Program-made: the position numbers and the translations under genes
Assembly (NCBI GenBank): GCA_003551625.1
Contig: PUNC01000113.1
Span: forward strand, 1-58,423
Reading direction: 5' to 3'
DNA from: PVC group bacterium
Lineage (GTDB): Bacteria; Auribacterota; Erginobacteria; Erginobacterales; PUNC01
Length of the DNA stretch: 58,423 nucleotides
Notes under the pieces: model-generated
What the model saw: the letters and a program-made list of their open reading frames with translations, nothing else
Told to the model about the DNA's origin: nothing
Databases searched by the model: none
Shown here: positions 39,157-49,437 of the stretch, in pieces
Layout: each line of letters begins with the position of its first letter
Numbering within the stretch: position 1 is the first letter of the stretch

Positions 39157-40169
39157 CTTTCCCCGGCGCTGCGCAGAGGGACCCGGACCGAGGATTGGAG
39201 AGGATGATCGGTCCGGATTATTATCTCGCCGGCGCGGCGGGCGGGGTCCGTACCCGGAGAGGAGGTGACGGATATTTCGAACTCTTCTCCCTCCCGCAGG
39301 ACCCTCGCCTCGGCCCGGAACTGGGGAAGGTCGCTCTCGACATTCAGGATTGTCACCGGCCGGTCCCCCCGGTTGACCAGACGGACGCCCTTGACCGTTT
39401 CCCGCCGCTGCTCCTCCTCGCTGAAAAAGACAACGGGAGGGGAAAAATTCAGCGGTCCTTCGACCACGGCGTGGAGACGGGCGAAGACCTCGCTCACCTC
39501 GGGATGGTCGATGCGGACGGTCAACGATCCCCGGTGCCGGCCGACCGGCGCCTCCTCCGAAAGGGCGACCTCGAAACGAATCGGCTCCGCCGCTTCGTCT
39601 CCCGTTCCGGATTCGTCCCGGCCGACGATCCGGGCCTGAAAAAAGGCGGGGTGAGTGGATATCCCGAGGATCGAGGTCTCCCGGTCGTCGAAGACCAGGT
39701 TCAACTCCCCGGCCGCGCTCTTGCCGTGTGGAACGGCTCCGAAATTAAGGTTCCGGGGCGTGAAGGTCGCGGGATTTTGAACCGTGGCTTCCAGCCGGAG
39801 GCGGTAGACCGGGTTTCGCGGATCGTTGGAAGATACGAATACGGGCATCGATCTCCGGCCCCGGTAGCCGCGGGTGTTGAAAGTGGCCCGAAGTTTGCCG
39901 GTCTCTCCGGGCGCTATTTTCTCTTCGGAGAGAATGCCGGCCGTGCAACCGCAGGTGGTCCGAATCCCGGTAATCTCGAGCTCTTCGTTCCCGGCATTGG
40001 TGAAGACGAAGGTATGGGAGACGACTTCCCCTTCCCAGACCTCCCCGGCGTCGTGGACGGTCTCCGCGAATGAAATCTCCGGTCCCGGAGAGCCTCCCGC
40101 CGGGGCGGCGGCCGCGAATACCGCCGCGGTCAGGAATATCGCCGCCGTTATGGAGTCCGCCATCTTCAT
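39153..40169 (-). CDS. DUF1573 Ig-like domain exported protein
   Basis: Signal peptide, HTFVFTNAG...TTCGCT, SNDP. Confidence 0.8.
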   Translation of the reverse strand: MKMADSITAAIFLTAAVFAAAAPAGGSPGPEISFAETVHDAGEVWEGEVVSHTFVFTNAGNEELEITGIRTTCGCTAGILSEEKIAPGETGKLRATFNTRGYRGRRSMPVFVSSNDPRNPVYRLRLEATVQNPATFTPRNLNFGAVPHGKSAAGELNLVFDDRETSILGISTHPAFFQARIVGRDESGTGDEAAEPIRFEVALSEEAPVGRHRGSLTVRIDHPEVSEVFARLHAVVEGPLNFSPPVVFFSEEEQRRETVKGVRLVNRGDRPVTILNVESDLPQFRAEARVLREGEEFEISVTSSPGTDPARRAGEIIIRTDHPLQSSVRVPLRSAGER

Positions 40170-40179
40170 CGAGACAAGC

Positions 40180-41136
40180 TCAGCTCCGCCCTTTCACGAA
40201 AGCCCGGGCCTCTTCCAGCCGGCCGGCGCTCCCCAGTACCCGGTTCTTGTGGGCGATATACTTGGCGTATTCGGCCATGAAGATCTTTCCCGGGGGGCGC
40301 AGGTCGAAGTTTTCGGGATCGTCGCGGAAGCTTTCGCGGTGAACCCGGCACCAGACCAGCCGGCCGTCGGTGTCGATATTGACCTTGCAGACGCCCATCC
40401 GGGCCGCTTTGCTGATCTCATCCTCGCTCACTCCCTTGGCCCCCTTGAGCTTTCCCCCCGCGGCGTTGATTCGCTTGACCTCGTCCTGGGGGACCGAACT
40501 GGAACCGTGCATCACCAGCGGAAAGCGCGGCAGTTTTTCCTGGATGGCGGTGATGATCTCGAAGTGCAGCCCCTGGGTTCCGGAGAACTTGTAGGCTCCG
40601 TGGCTGGTGCCGATGGCGCAGGCCAGGCTGTCGCAGCCGGTCAGCTCGATGAACTTCACCGCTTCTTCAGGGTCGGTCAGGTGGGCTTTTTCTTCGGCGA
40701 CGGTAACGTGTTCCTCAACCCCGCCCAGCTGCCCCAGTTCCGCCTCCACCGAGATCCCCCGGGCGTGGGCGGCCTCGACCACGCGGCGGGTGATGGCCAC
40801 GTTTTCGTCGAAGGGTTCGGCGCTGGCGTCGATCATCACCGAGGTGTAAAAACCGCTCTCGATGCAGTCGAGACAGGTTTTCTCGTCGCCGTGGTCGAGA
40901 TGGACGGCGAAGACGGCGTCGGGAAAGATCTCGTCGCCCGCCCGGATCATCGCTTCCAGCAGCCGTTTGTCGGTGTAGGAGCGGGCGCCCTTGGAGATCT
41001 GGAGGATGAAGGGCGCGGAACTCTCGAGATTTCCCCGGAAGAGCCCCATCACCTGCTCGGCGTTGTTGATGTTGTAGGCCCCCACGGCGTATTTGCCGTA
41101 GGAATGCTCGAAGAGGGGTTTGGTCGGCACTATCAT
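40180..41136 (-). CDS. fba: Class II fructose-bisphosphate aldolase
   Basis: HLDHG, EAELG, GTSHGAYKF, HGSS, NIDTD. Confidence 0.95.
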   Translation of the reverse strand: MIVPTKPLFEHSYGKYAVGAYNINNAEQVMGLFRGNLESSAPFILQISKGARSYTDKRLLEAMIRAGDEIFPDAVFAVHLDHGDEKTCLDCIESGFYTSVMIDASAEPFDENVAITRRVVEAAHARGISVEAELGQLGGVEEHVTVAEEKAHLTDPEEAVKFIELTGCDSLACAIGTSHGAYKFSGTQGLHFEIITAIQEKLPRFPLVMHGSSSVPQDEVKRINAAGGKLKGAKGVSEDEISKAARMGVCKVNIDTDGRLVWCRVHRESFRDDPENFDLRPPGKIFMAEYAKYIAHKNRVLGSAGRLEEARAFVKGRS

Positions 41137-41300
41137 CGGCGTTTCCTTTCGCTGGGTTTGCGGTTGACCGGCAACTCTGGGTAATATTAACCGGATCGGG
41201 GGCCGAATTCAACGTTTGCCGCGCCCGGTTCCGGTTCGGCCGGCCCGGAGGGACAGGAAATTGTTTTCCGCTTAAACGATTCCGGGGTATAATACCGGGT

Positions 41301-41648
41301 ATGAAAGTGAAGAAGAAGTCCAACTTGAAGGAAGCGGAGGTGGAAGCCGCCGGCGCCGCCCGGGCCTTCAAATCGGTTCTGCTGGGTCCGGACGAGGGTT
41401 CGAAAGAGATCACGATGCGGCGTTTCCGGATTCTTCCCGGGGGTAACACCCCGCTTCACCGCCACGAATGGGACCACCTGATCCTGGTCGAACGGGGTGG
41501 AGGAGTGGTCTTTTCGGAGTCGGACGGGAAGTTCAAGGTCGAGCCGGGTGACTCCGTTTTTCTGCCCGCCGGCGAGGAACACCAGCTTCTCAACCCCTTC
41601 GCCGAAGAGTTGGAGTTCATCTGCGTCGTCCCTTCCCGGGGAGCCTGA
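41301..41648 (+). CDS. Cupin domain protein
   Basis: TPLHRHEWDH, PAGEEHQ. Confidence 0.88.
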   Translation: MKVKKKSNLKEAEVEAAGAARAFKSVLLGPDEGSKEITMRRFRILPGGNTPLHRHEWDHLILVERGGGVVFSESDGKFKVEPGDSVFLPAGEEHQLLNPFAEELEFICVVPSRGA

Positions 41649-41672
41649 CCCCCCGCGCTCTCCGCCCGTTTT

Positions 41673-41906
41673 CTATTCGATCTTTTCCGGCCGGCAGAGA
41701 TGCTCGGGCCGCACGGCGGTCCGCCCGCAACTGTTGCAGATGTAAGCCAGTCGCTTGACTTTATTCGCGCACAGATGCCTCTGATCGGGTATCACCGCCC
41801 CGCACCACTCGCAGGGTTCTCCCTCCAGGTGCCCGGGCGAACACAGATGTCCCTCCGGCCCGGCCGGCTTTCCGCAGGTAGCGCAGGTTCTGGTTTGTTC
41901 GGCCAT
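41673..41906 (-). CDS. 77-aa Cys/His-rich putative triple zinc-binding protein
   Basis: Three CxxCG-x7-HLC units; AAGGAGAG RBS. Confidence 0.75.
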   Translation of the reverse strand: MAEQTRTCATCGKPAGPEGHLCSPGHLEGEPCEWCGAVIPDQRHLCANKVKRLAYICNSCGRTAVRPEHLCRPEKIE

Positions 41907-41932
41907 ACTTTCTCTCCTTTTTGGTCCTTGAT

Positions 41933-42340
41933 TCAGCGTTCCAGCGGCCGCCGCGCGGCCTGCCAGGAGCGCAATCCGCCGGCCAGATGGAAGACCCGCC
42001 GGAAACCCAGCTCCCGCATTGTTCCGAGCACCGGCCGGCTGCGGGCGCCGACGGCGCAATAGACCAGGTAGATCGCCTCCCGGTCCAGCGTTTCCAGGCG
42101 GGCCCGGAATTCGGGGGCTTGAGACGGAATATTGACCGCGCCGTGAATCCTTCCCCCGGCGAATTCCCGGGGCGTGCGCGCATCGATGATCGTCAGGCCG
42201 CCGGTCTCCCGATATTCCGCGATCAGGGCCGCCGCCCGTTCGTCGTTGATGTCCTCGAATACCGCCTCTTCCCCGGCGCCGGCCGGGGCCGGGTGCAACA
42301 GGAAGGCCAGGAGGAGGCCGGTTAGACTGATCAGCTTCAT
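41933..42340 (-). CDS. Exported rhodanese-like protein
   Basis: Signal peptide, IDARTPREF, YCAVGARS, LAGGLRSW. Confidence 0.88.
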   Translation of the reverse strand: MKLISLTGLLLAFLLHPAPAGAGEEAVFEDINDERAAALIAEYRETGGLTIIDARTPREFAGGRIHGAVNIPSQAPEFRARLETLDREAIYLVYCAVGARSRPVLGTMRELGFRRVFHLAGGLRSWQAARRPLER

Positions 42341-42447
42341 CTCGGCGACAACGGTTCAGGGGTTGAGAGGTTTAAAGGCTTAAGAAACGCTAAACATAAT
42401 TTTAGCACTTTTTGTGCTTTAAAGCTTCGTAACGAAACAAACAATTT

Positions 42448-42531
42448 TGGAGTGCGGAGGCATGTCCGGCAACGTCTGACGGAGAAAGCTCCGCCTCAAA
42501 AGCTTGGGCCAAGCTTTCGCTTGGCACTCCA
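42448..42531. repeat. REP/MITE-like element with TGGAGTGC/GCACTCCA termini
   Basis: Terminal 8-bp inverted repeat; internal GCGGAG/CTCCGC and AAAGCTTGG/CCAAGCTTT stems. Confidence 0.55.
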
Positions 42532-42617
42532 GTATCATAACGGGCAGAAATTCGAAGCGTAGAGCAATCAACCCCAAGAAAGCTTGAGCCTGCGATCGTA
42601 TAGCTTATGGTTCCGGT

Positions 42618-43406
42618 TTACTTTCTTACGGGGATGCCGCGTTGCGCGAGGTAGCCCTTCATCTCCCGGATGGTGAAGGTTCCGAAATGGGCGATCGAGG
42701 CCACCAGGACGGCGTCGGCGCGTCCGATCTCTATCGCCTCATAAAGGTGCTCAAGCGTCCCCGCCCCGCCGGAAGCGATTACGGGCACCTCCACCGCCTC
42801 GGCCACGGCCCTGGTCATCGGGAGGTCGTAACCCGCCCGGGTGCCGTCGGCGTCCATACTGGTGGGCAGGATCGTGCCCGCGCCTCTTCCGGCCGCCTCC
42901 CGGGCCCATTCGACGGCGTCCCGGCCGGTCGGTTTGGTGCCGCCGGCGGCCATCACTTCGAACCCGGAGGGCAGCTCCCGGTTTTTCCTGGTGTCGATGG
43001 CGACAACTATCCGTTCCCGTCCGAAAACGCCTGCCGCCTCCTGGAGCAGGGCGGGTCGGTTAAGGGCGGCGGTGTTGATCGAGACCCGGCTCGCTCCGGC
43101 GGCCAGCAGCTTTTCGATATCGGAGTTCTCCCTCACTCCTCCGCCCACCGTCAGGGGGATGGAGACCCGCTCCGCGGTCAGCCTTACCGTCTCCAGCGTG
43201 GTCTTGCGGCCTTCAACCGTCGCCGTGATGTCGAGGAAGACCAGCTCGTCGGCCCCCGCCCCGCTGTAAGCGGCCGCGGTCTCGGCGGGGTCGCCGAGAT
43301 CGCGCAGGCGGACGAAATTCACTCCCTTCACCAGGCGGCCGTCTTTGACGTCCAGGCAGGGTATGATTCTCCGGTAACGGTATTGGGAGGGCAATTCTTC
43401 CTTCAT
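42618..43406 (-). CDS. hisF: Imidazole glycerol phosphate synthase cyclase subunit
   Basis: [31 protein letters not shown]. Confidence 0.95.
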   Translation of the reverse strand: MKEELPSQYRYRRIIPCLDVKDGRLVKGVNFVRLRDLGDPAETAAAYSGAGADELVFLDITATVEGRKTTLETVRLTAERVSIPLTVGGGVRENSDIEKLLAAGASRVSINTAALNRPALLQEAAGVFGRERIVVAIDTRKNRELPSGFEVMAAGGTKPTGRDAVEWAREAAGRGAGTILPTSMDADGTRAGYDLPMTRAVAEAVEVPVIASGGAGTLEHLYEAIEIGRADAVLVASIAHFGTFTIREMKGYLAQRGIPVRK

Positions 43407-43546
43407 ATCGCCGGCGATTATCTCATACAATGAAGAATATCCGAAAAGCTTTCTCGCATCCGGTAAAAGTTTTAAACTATAATATACCATAGTCCATGAG
43501 CGTAAGATTCGCCGGACGAATTTTAGCCTGAAGCACGGAGAAACGG

Positions 43547-44785
43547 ATGAATAACGACGCGCCGCTGAAATGGATGATCAACGAGCCGGCCGCGACCGCG
43601 GACCGCTCGGAAATAATAGATCGCCTCATCCCCCTGGACGCCACGCGCCGGGCCCGGACCTTTCATCGGCAGATCCCGGGTTATCGGATCAGCCCGCTGC
43701 TTGGATTGGACAACCTGGCTTCGATGCTTGGTCTGGGAGGGATCTGGGTGAAGGACGAATCCCAGCGTCTGGCCCTTAACTCCTTCAAGGTTCTGGGAGG
43801 ATCTTTCGCGGTTTACCGGTATTTGACCGGCCGCTTGGGGCGGGAGGAGGCGACCTTCGCCGAGCTGATCGCGCCCGACGTGAAAAAGACTATCGGGGAG
43901 GTGACTTTCGCAACCGCCACCGACGGCAATCACGGGCGCGGCGTGGCCTGGGCGGCGGCCAAACTGGGCCACGCTTCGGTGGTTTATGTCCACGAACATA
44001 CCGTTCCGGCCCGGATTAAGGCGATTGAAAGTTACGGCGCCCGGGTCGAGATCGTTCCCGGAACCTACGACGACGCCGTCCGGAAGGTCCGCGCCGACGC
44101 GGAGAAATTCGGCTGGCAGGTGATCTCGGACACCTCCTGGGAGGGATACGAGGAGATCCCGACCTGGGTTCTTCAGGGCTACACCACTATGTTCTCCGAG
44201 GCCCAGGAGCAGTTGTCGGGGCAGGGCTTGGTCAAGCCGACCCACGTCTTCATCCAGGCCGGCGTGGGAGCGCTGGCGTCGGCCGTCACCGCCTTTTACC
44301 ACAACCTGTTCGGCGCCGACGCCCCCCTGATCGTCGTGGCGGAACCGGCCCTGGCCGCCTGTCTTTACGAGTCGGCCCGGATCGGCGACGGCCGGCCGCA
44401 TTCTTTCCCCGGCCGGCTCGACACCATTATGGCCGGACTGGCCTGCGGCGACCCCAGCCCGCTGGCCTGGGAGATTCTCTGGAACTGCGCCGACGTTTTC
44501 CTGGCCTGCCAGGATTACGTGGCCGCGCTGGGGATGAGGATATACGGCGGGCCGCTCAAGGACGATCCTTACATTGTTTCCGGCGAGTCGGGAGCGGTCA
44601 CCCTGGGGGCGCTTCCGTTCATCACCCGCAATTCCGAATGCGCGCCCCTGCGCGAGGCCCTGCGGCTGGACGGCGATTCGCAGGTTCTTCTCCTCAATAC
44701 CGAGGGGAATACGGATCCGCTTTACTTCCGCCAGGTGGTATGGAAAGGCGACCACCCCGTTCCCGACCGCCACTGGCCCTTTTAG
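43547..44785 (+). CDS. dpaL: Diaminopropionate ammonia-lyase
   Basis: KDES...[39 protein letters not shown]. Confidence 0.92.
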   Translation: MNNDAPLKWMINEPAATADRSEIIDRLIPLDATRRARTFHRQIPGYRISPLLGLDNLASMLGLGGIWVKDESQRLALNSFKVLGGSFAVYRYLTGRLGREEATFAELIAPDVKKTIGEVTFATATDGNHGRGVAWAAAKLGHASVVYVHEHTVPARIKAIESYGARVEIVPGTYDDAVRKVRADAEKFGWQVISDTSWEGYEEIPTWVLQGYTTMFSEAQEQLSGQGLVKPTHVFIQAGVGALASAVTAFYHNLFGADAPLIVVAEPALAACLYESARIGDGRPHSFPGRLDTIMAGLACGDPSPLAWEILWNCADVFLACQDYVAALGMRIYGGPLKDDPYIVSGESGAVTLGALPFITRNSECAPLREALRLDGDSQVLLLNTEGNTDPLYFRQVVWKGDHPVPDRHWPF

Positions 44786-44864
44786 GCGGCCCGCGGACTC
44801 TGCGATTCGGTCGCGAGTGATCCGCGGCCGCTTTTCGCTTCAAGGTTAATAAAAGGAGGCTGAA

Positions 44865-45410
44865 ATGGACTTTTTGGATCTCGCGCGAGCGCGACGGAGC
44901 GTCCGGAAGTATTCCGACCGGCCGGTGCCGAGGGACGCGATCGAGCGCTGTCTCCGGGCGGTCCGACTCGCGCCCTCGGCCTGCAACGCCCAGCCCTGGA
45001 GGTTCGTGGTGGTGGACGACCCGGAGCGCAGGCGGCAGTTGGCCCGGGCCGCTTTCGGCCCTCTGGCCGGCTTCAACCATTTCGCCCGCCAGGCTCCGGT
45101 TCTGGTGACGGTGGTGATGGAGAGGGCAAGTTTCGCCTCGGCCGCGGGAAGCCTGCTCAGCGGGAAGAGATTCAGCCTTATCGACATCGGGATCGCCGCC
45201 GCCCACTTCTGCCTTCAGGCGGCCGAGCTGGGGCTCGGCACCTGTATGCTGGGCTGGTTCAATCAGCGGAAGGTGAAAAGGTTTTTAAGCGTTCCCGCCG
45301 CGCTCAAGGCGCCGCTTATGATCAGCCTTGGCTGGCCCGTTCCGGATACGGAAACGGGGCCGAGCTCGAGAAAGACGATCGAGCGGGTCCGTGGATACGG
45401 CGGGTATTAG
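44865..45410 (+). CDS. Nitroreductase family protein
   Basis: RRSVRKY, APSACNAQPW, GLGTC. Confidence 0.92.
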   Translation: MDFLDLARARRSVRKYSDRPVPRDAIERCLRAVRLAPSACNAQPWRFVVVDDPERRRQLARAAFGPLAGFNHFARQAPVLVTVVMERASFASAAGSLLSGKRFSLIDIGIAAAHFCLQAAELGLGTCMLGWFNQRKVKRFLSVPAALKAPLMISLGWPVPDTETGPSSRKTIERVRGYGGY

Positions 45411-45477
45411 CTCTGATTATTCATAATCCGGGTTAAACTTTTTGCCCGAATCCCCGTTAAATTAATGAGGGAAGATA

Positions 45478-46080
45478 ATGGGAAGGGGGAGGGAAGAGGA
45501 ACTGGTCCGCGAGTTTCAGGCGGGCAAGACCGATGTCTTCGACCGGTTGATGAGTGAACTCCAGGGCCGGGCGTTCTCCCTGGCCTATTACTGGACCGGT
45601 TCCCGGGAAGACGCTCTGGACCTGGTTCAGGAGGCTTTTGTGCGGTTGTGGAAGACGCTTCCCTCCTGGAAGCCCCGCGCCGGGCTGTATACCTGGCTTT
45701 ACCGGGTTATCATCAATCTGGCCAAGGACCGATTCCGGGAGGCCGGGAGGAGAGGGGAGGTCCCGATTCGGGAGGGGGCGTTGGGGGTGTCCTCCCCCGG
45801 TCCCGGACCCGCTGCCGAAGCGGCCGCCCGGGAGACGGGGGAGATGATCGTGAAAGCCGTGGCGGCGCTGCCGCCCCGCCAGAAAGAGGTGTTTATACTG
45901 AGGCATTACCAGAATCTTTCGATCAAGGAAATAGCCCGGGTTCAGGGAACCACCCCGGGCGCGGCCAAGGCCAATCTTTTTCAGGCCCTGGTCAAGTTGA
46001 GAGAGCTTTTAAAGCCGCGGCTGGAGGGCGGCGGGCCGATCGGTTCGGCCGGGAAAACCCCGGGAGAAGAAAAACGATGA
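45478..46080 (+). CDS. ECF sigma factor
   Basis: DALDLVQEAF, WLYRVIIN, LPPRQKEVFILR. Confidence 0.92.
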   Translation: MGRGREEELVREFQAGKTDVFDRLMSELQGRAFSLAYYWTGSREDALDLVQEAFVRLWKTLPSWKPRAGLYTWLYRVIINLAKDRFREAGRRGEVPIREGALGVSSPGPGPAAEAAARETGEMIVKAVAALPPRQKEVFILRHYQNLSIKEIARVQGTTPGAAKANLFQALVKLRELLKPRLEGGGPIGSAGKTPGEEKR

Positions 46081-46622
46081 GAAAGAATGGAGACTGCCGG
46101 TTTTTTAACCGTAATCTTCCCGGTTACCTTTACGGTGAAGCTCCCGTCGCCGTCAGGCGGGCGATGGCCCGGCACGCCGAACGATGCGCCGAATGCGGCC
46201 GGCTTCTTCGGGAGATGGAGAGGACCGTTGCCACGCTCAAGAGCTTTCAACCGGCCGGAATCACCCCGGCGGAGATGAAAGAGCTGCGCGAGCGGGTCCG
46301 GGAAAGGATCGGCGCGGCCGAACCCCTTGCCGGCCGGCCGGAGCGATTCTGGCCCGTATTCTCCTATCGTTTGGTACCGTTGGCCGCCGCCGCCGTGATT
46401 ATCCTGGTCGTCACCCTGATGCTGGCCGTCTGGCCGATCGCCGATCGCCGGGAGGAACTGACCGAGGCGGCTTACGTGGCGGCTTTGAGCGAAACGATCG
46501 AACGAGAGTTTATGGAGATGGGCGAGTTGTGGAGGGAACTGGATGAGTTGGAGATTATTCTGGGGGCGGAGAGGGGGGATGAGCTGGAGGCGGACGCGGG
46601 AGGAGAACCCCGGCCGGTTTGA
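46077..46622 (+). CDS. Zinc-finger (HxxxCxxC) membrane anti-sigma factor
   Basis: HAERCAEC plus one TM segment; ATGA-coupled to the sigma gene. Confidence 0.82.
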   Translation: MRKNGDCRFFNRNLPGYLYGEAPVAVRRAMARHAERCAECGRLLREMERTVATLKSFQPAGITPAEMKELRERVRERIGAAEPLAGRPERFWPVFSYRLVPLAAAAVIILVVTLMLAVWPIADRREELTEAAYVAALSETIEREFMEMGELWRELDELEIILGAERGDELEADAGGEPRPV

Positions 46623-46642
46623 AAAAAACAAGGAGAAACAGG

Positions 46643-47134
46643 ATGAAGCTTATCGCCTTAACGGTGCTGGTTACGCTTTCGGCCGCTCTGTCGCCGGGGG
46701 CCGGCTTCCCGGCCGAAGAGGAGACGCGTTCCCCGCGCCGGCGGGTGGAGCGCGGGGAGGTCTTTGAGCGGCGTCGCCACCGTCCGGAGGACGTGGAATT
46801 CAAGGAGTTCCGGGAGCAGATCGGCCGCCTGGGGCGTCTGATCCGGCGCAACCGCCGCCGGATGGAAGCGCTGGAGGAAGAATTGGCGGCCGCGCCCGAG
46901 GCCGAACGGGCCGCGATTCAGAGCCGGCTCGACGACGCTCTCCGCGAACGGGCGGTTCTCAAGTTCCTGCTGGCCCGGCACCGGCTGCGGTTGACCGAGC
47001 GGGCTCTGGAGATGGCCCAAAGCCGCCACCAGGAGGCCGTGTCGAGACTGGAGGAGAGCAGAGAGTCAATCCTGGAACAATGGCCGGATATCGACCTCGA
47101 CGACCTCCCGGAGATAGTTCCTCTCGAGGAATGA
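46643..47134 (+). CDS. Exported coiled-coil protein
   Basis: AAGGAG RBS, signal peptide, helical and charged. Confidence 0.7.
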   Translation: MKLIALTVLVTLSAALSPGAGFPAEEETRSPRRRVERGEVFERRRHRPEDVEFKEFREQIGRLGRLIRRNRRRMEALEEELAAAPEAERAAIQSRLDDALRERAVLKFLLARHRLRLTERALEMAQSRHQEAVSRLEESRESILEQWPDIDLDDLPEIVPLEE

Positions 47135-47333
47135 ATCGCTCCGCCGGGACCACCGCCCGGTCGATCTTCGCTCTTTTCTTAAATCTTCCCCGCCCGGAAA
47201 CCGTCCCGGTTTCCGGCCCGGACGTGACTCTGTTATCCGGCCGATGATTAGGCTATAATAGCGTATCGCGGGAGCGACGTACCGCGTCCTATCCGTGGCC
47301 GCGGGGATTAACCGCGATTTCGGAAGATACGCT

Positions 47334-49406
47334 ATGAACGGCAGGAACAAGAAACCGGGCAAGGCCGATTCCCCGCCCCGTCCTCCCGGAGAGAAAGGAC
47401 GGCGAAGACCCGTCCGCCGGCAAGTGAGGCGGAGATCCCCCCCGCCCGCCGGCCGTCACCGCTCCACTTCCGCCGCCGCGCGCGCTCCGGCCGGAGACGC
47501 TCCCCGGCAGAGAGAGAGCCGGTACCGTTTCCTGGCCGAGAAGATGAATGACATCCTCTGGACGATGGACCTGGCTCTGAAGATCACCTATGTCAACCCC
47601 TCGATCGAGAAGGTCCTCGGTTTAACCCGCGCGCAGAGCCTCAAGCTTTCTCTGGAAGAGATGCTGACCCCCGAATCCCTGCGGATAGCGCGGGCCCGGC
47701 TCGAGAAAGAGCTGGCCGATGACCGGGAGGAGGTGCGGGCCGGTGCAATCGATCCCGACTATTCGATCATCCTCGTTCTCGACTTCCTCCACCGGGACGG
47801 GTCGGTCCGCGTCCTGGAATCCAACCTCTCCTTCATCCGCGACCGGCAAGGCCGCCCGGTTGAAATCTTCGGTCTCTCCCGGGACATCACCGAGCGCAAG
47901 AAGACGGAGGAAAACCGGAGCTTCCTGGCGCAGGTTCTCAGATGCGTGGACGAATCGGTGGTGGTCACGGATCTCGACAGCCGGATCCTATACTGGGGGC
48001 CGGGGGCGGAAAGATTGTACGGGTATAGGCAGGAAGAAGTCCTTGGGCGGCCCTACCGGCAGTTCGCCGGATCGATCTACCACCGGGATGAGGACTCCTT
48101 CAGAGAGGAGATCCTCTCGCGCGGCGTCTGGCGGGGCGAGCACCCCCAGCGCCGGCGCGACGGGAGCGTCTTCTGGACATTGGTCGAGATATCGGTGCTG
48201 CGGGACGGGTCCGGCCGCCCCACCGGTTTCATCGGCGTCGATATCGACATCACCGCCCGCAAGCGGGCGGAGGAAGAACTGGCCGCCGCCGCCGAAAAGA
48301 GCCTGCGCGAAAGCGAAGCGTGGGTGGCGCTGACCGCGGATTCGGCCGGCGCCGGGCTTTGGTCGTGGAACTGCGCCGACGGCGAGATCTGGGCCTCTGA
48401 GAAAACCCGCGCTCTTTACGGTTTTGCGCCGGACGAAACCATCACCATCGGCAAGTTCTACGGCTTGCTGCATCCCGGCGATCTCGCGCGGGTGAAAGAC
48501 ACTTTAGACCGTGTACTGCGCGAGAAGAAGGGCGGACAAATCGAGTATCGCGTCGTGCTGTCGGACAAAAGCGTCAGATGGTTGGCGGTCCGGGCGCAGG
48601 CGTATTCCAAGCCCTCCGGCGAGCCGGAGTGTTTGAGAGGCGTCTCCCGTGACATCACCGATCTTCGGAGAGACGAAGAAGATCGGGTTCAGTTGATTGA
48701 CGGGCTGGCGCATCTCTCGCGGGTGCTGGCGATGAACGAACTCTCCACTTCCCTGGCCCACGAGATCAACCAGCCGCTGGGCGCGATTCTCAACAACGCC
48801 TCGACCGCCCGGCTTCTGATGGCCCGGGGCAGGGATACGCGGGAGGATCTCGGAGAGATCCTGGAGGATATCGAGAACGACGTCAAACGTGCGGGCGAGG
48901 TTGTGAAAAAGATCCGGAGAATGGTGAAGAAGCGGGGCATGAGATACGACCCCCTGTCCGTAAGCGCGCTGGTCAAAGCCGCCGTCGGTCTGATAAGCAG
49001 CCGCCTCAGTATCGAGAATGTCGCGCTCCGCTTGGATCTGTCGCCGGGTTCGGGAAGAATCAAGGGCGACCGTGTTCAGCTGCAGCAAGTGCTTTTGAAC
49101 CTGATGACGAACGCCCTGGAGGCGATGAATGATACCGCCACGCGGGTTCTGACGATCAGCGCCGCCACCCTGTCGCCCGACACGGTGCGGGTGAGCGTGG
49201 GCGACTCGGGCCCGGGCATCGCGGTGGAGGCCGCGGAGAGGTTGTTCGAGCCTTTTTTCACCACCAGGGAGGAAGGGTTGGGGATCGGGCTGCCGATCTG
49301 CAAGCTGATAATCGAGGAGCACGGCGGGCGGATCTGGGGGGAGAGCGGTCCCGGCGGCGCGACCTTCTCGTTCACGCTCAAGACCTGCGTAGATAACGAA
49401 ATATGA
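47334..49406 (+). CDS. Cytoplasmic triple-PAS sensor histidine kinase (FixL-like core)
   Basis: Three PAS/PAC units ending in DIT, SLAHEINQPL, QQVLLNL, DSGPG, GLGIGL; start uncertain. Confidence 0.9.
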   Translation: MNGRNKKPGKADSPPRPPGEKGRRRPVRRQVRRRSPPPAGRHRSTSAAARAPAGDAPRQRESRYRFLAEKMNDILWTMDLALKITYVNPSIEKVLGLTRAQSLKLSLEEMLTPESLRIARARLEKELADDREEVRAGAIDPDYSIILVLDFLHRDGSVRVLESNLSFIRDRQGRPVEIFGLSRDITERKKTEENRSFLAQVLRCVDESVVVTDLDSRILYWGPGAERLYGYRQEEVLGRPYRQFAGSIYHRDEDSFREEILSRGVWRGEHPQRRRDGSVFWTLVEISVLRDGSGRPTGFIGVDIDITARKRAEEELAAAAEKSLRESEAWVALTADSAGAGLWSWNCADGEIWASEKTRALYGFAPDETITIGKFYGLLHPGDLARVKDTLDRVLREKKGGQIEYRVVLSDKSVRWLAVRAQAYSKPSGEPECLRGVSRDITDLRRDEEDRVQLIDGLAHLSRVLAMNELSTSLAHEINQPLGAILNNASTARLLMARGRDTREDLGEILEDIENDVKRAGEVVKKIRRMVKKRGMRYDPLSVSALVKAAVGLISSRLSIENVALRLDLSPGSGRIKGDRVQLQQVLLNLMTNALEAMNDTATRVLTISAATLSPDTVRVSVGDSGPGIAVEAAERLFEPFFTTREEGLGIGLPICKLIIEEHGGRIWGESGPGGATFSFTLKTCVDNEI

Positions 49407-49437
49407 GCGCGCACCCGGTTCAAATGCCACGTATAAC

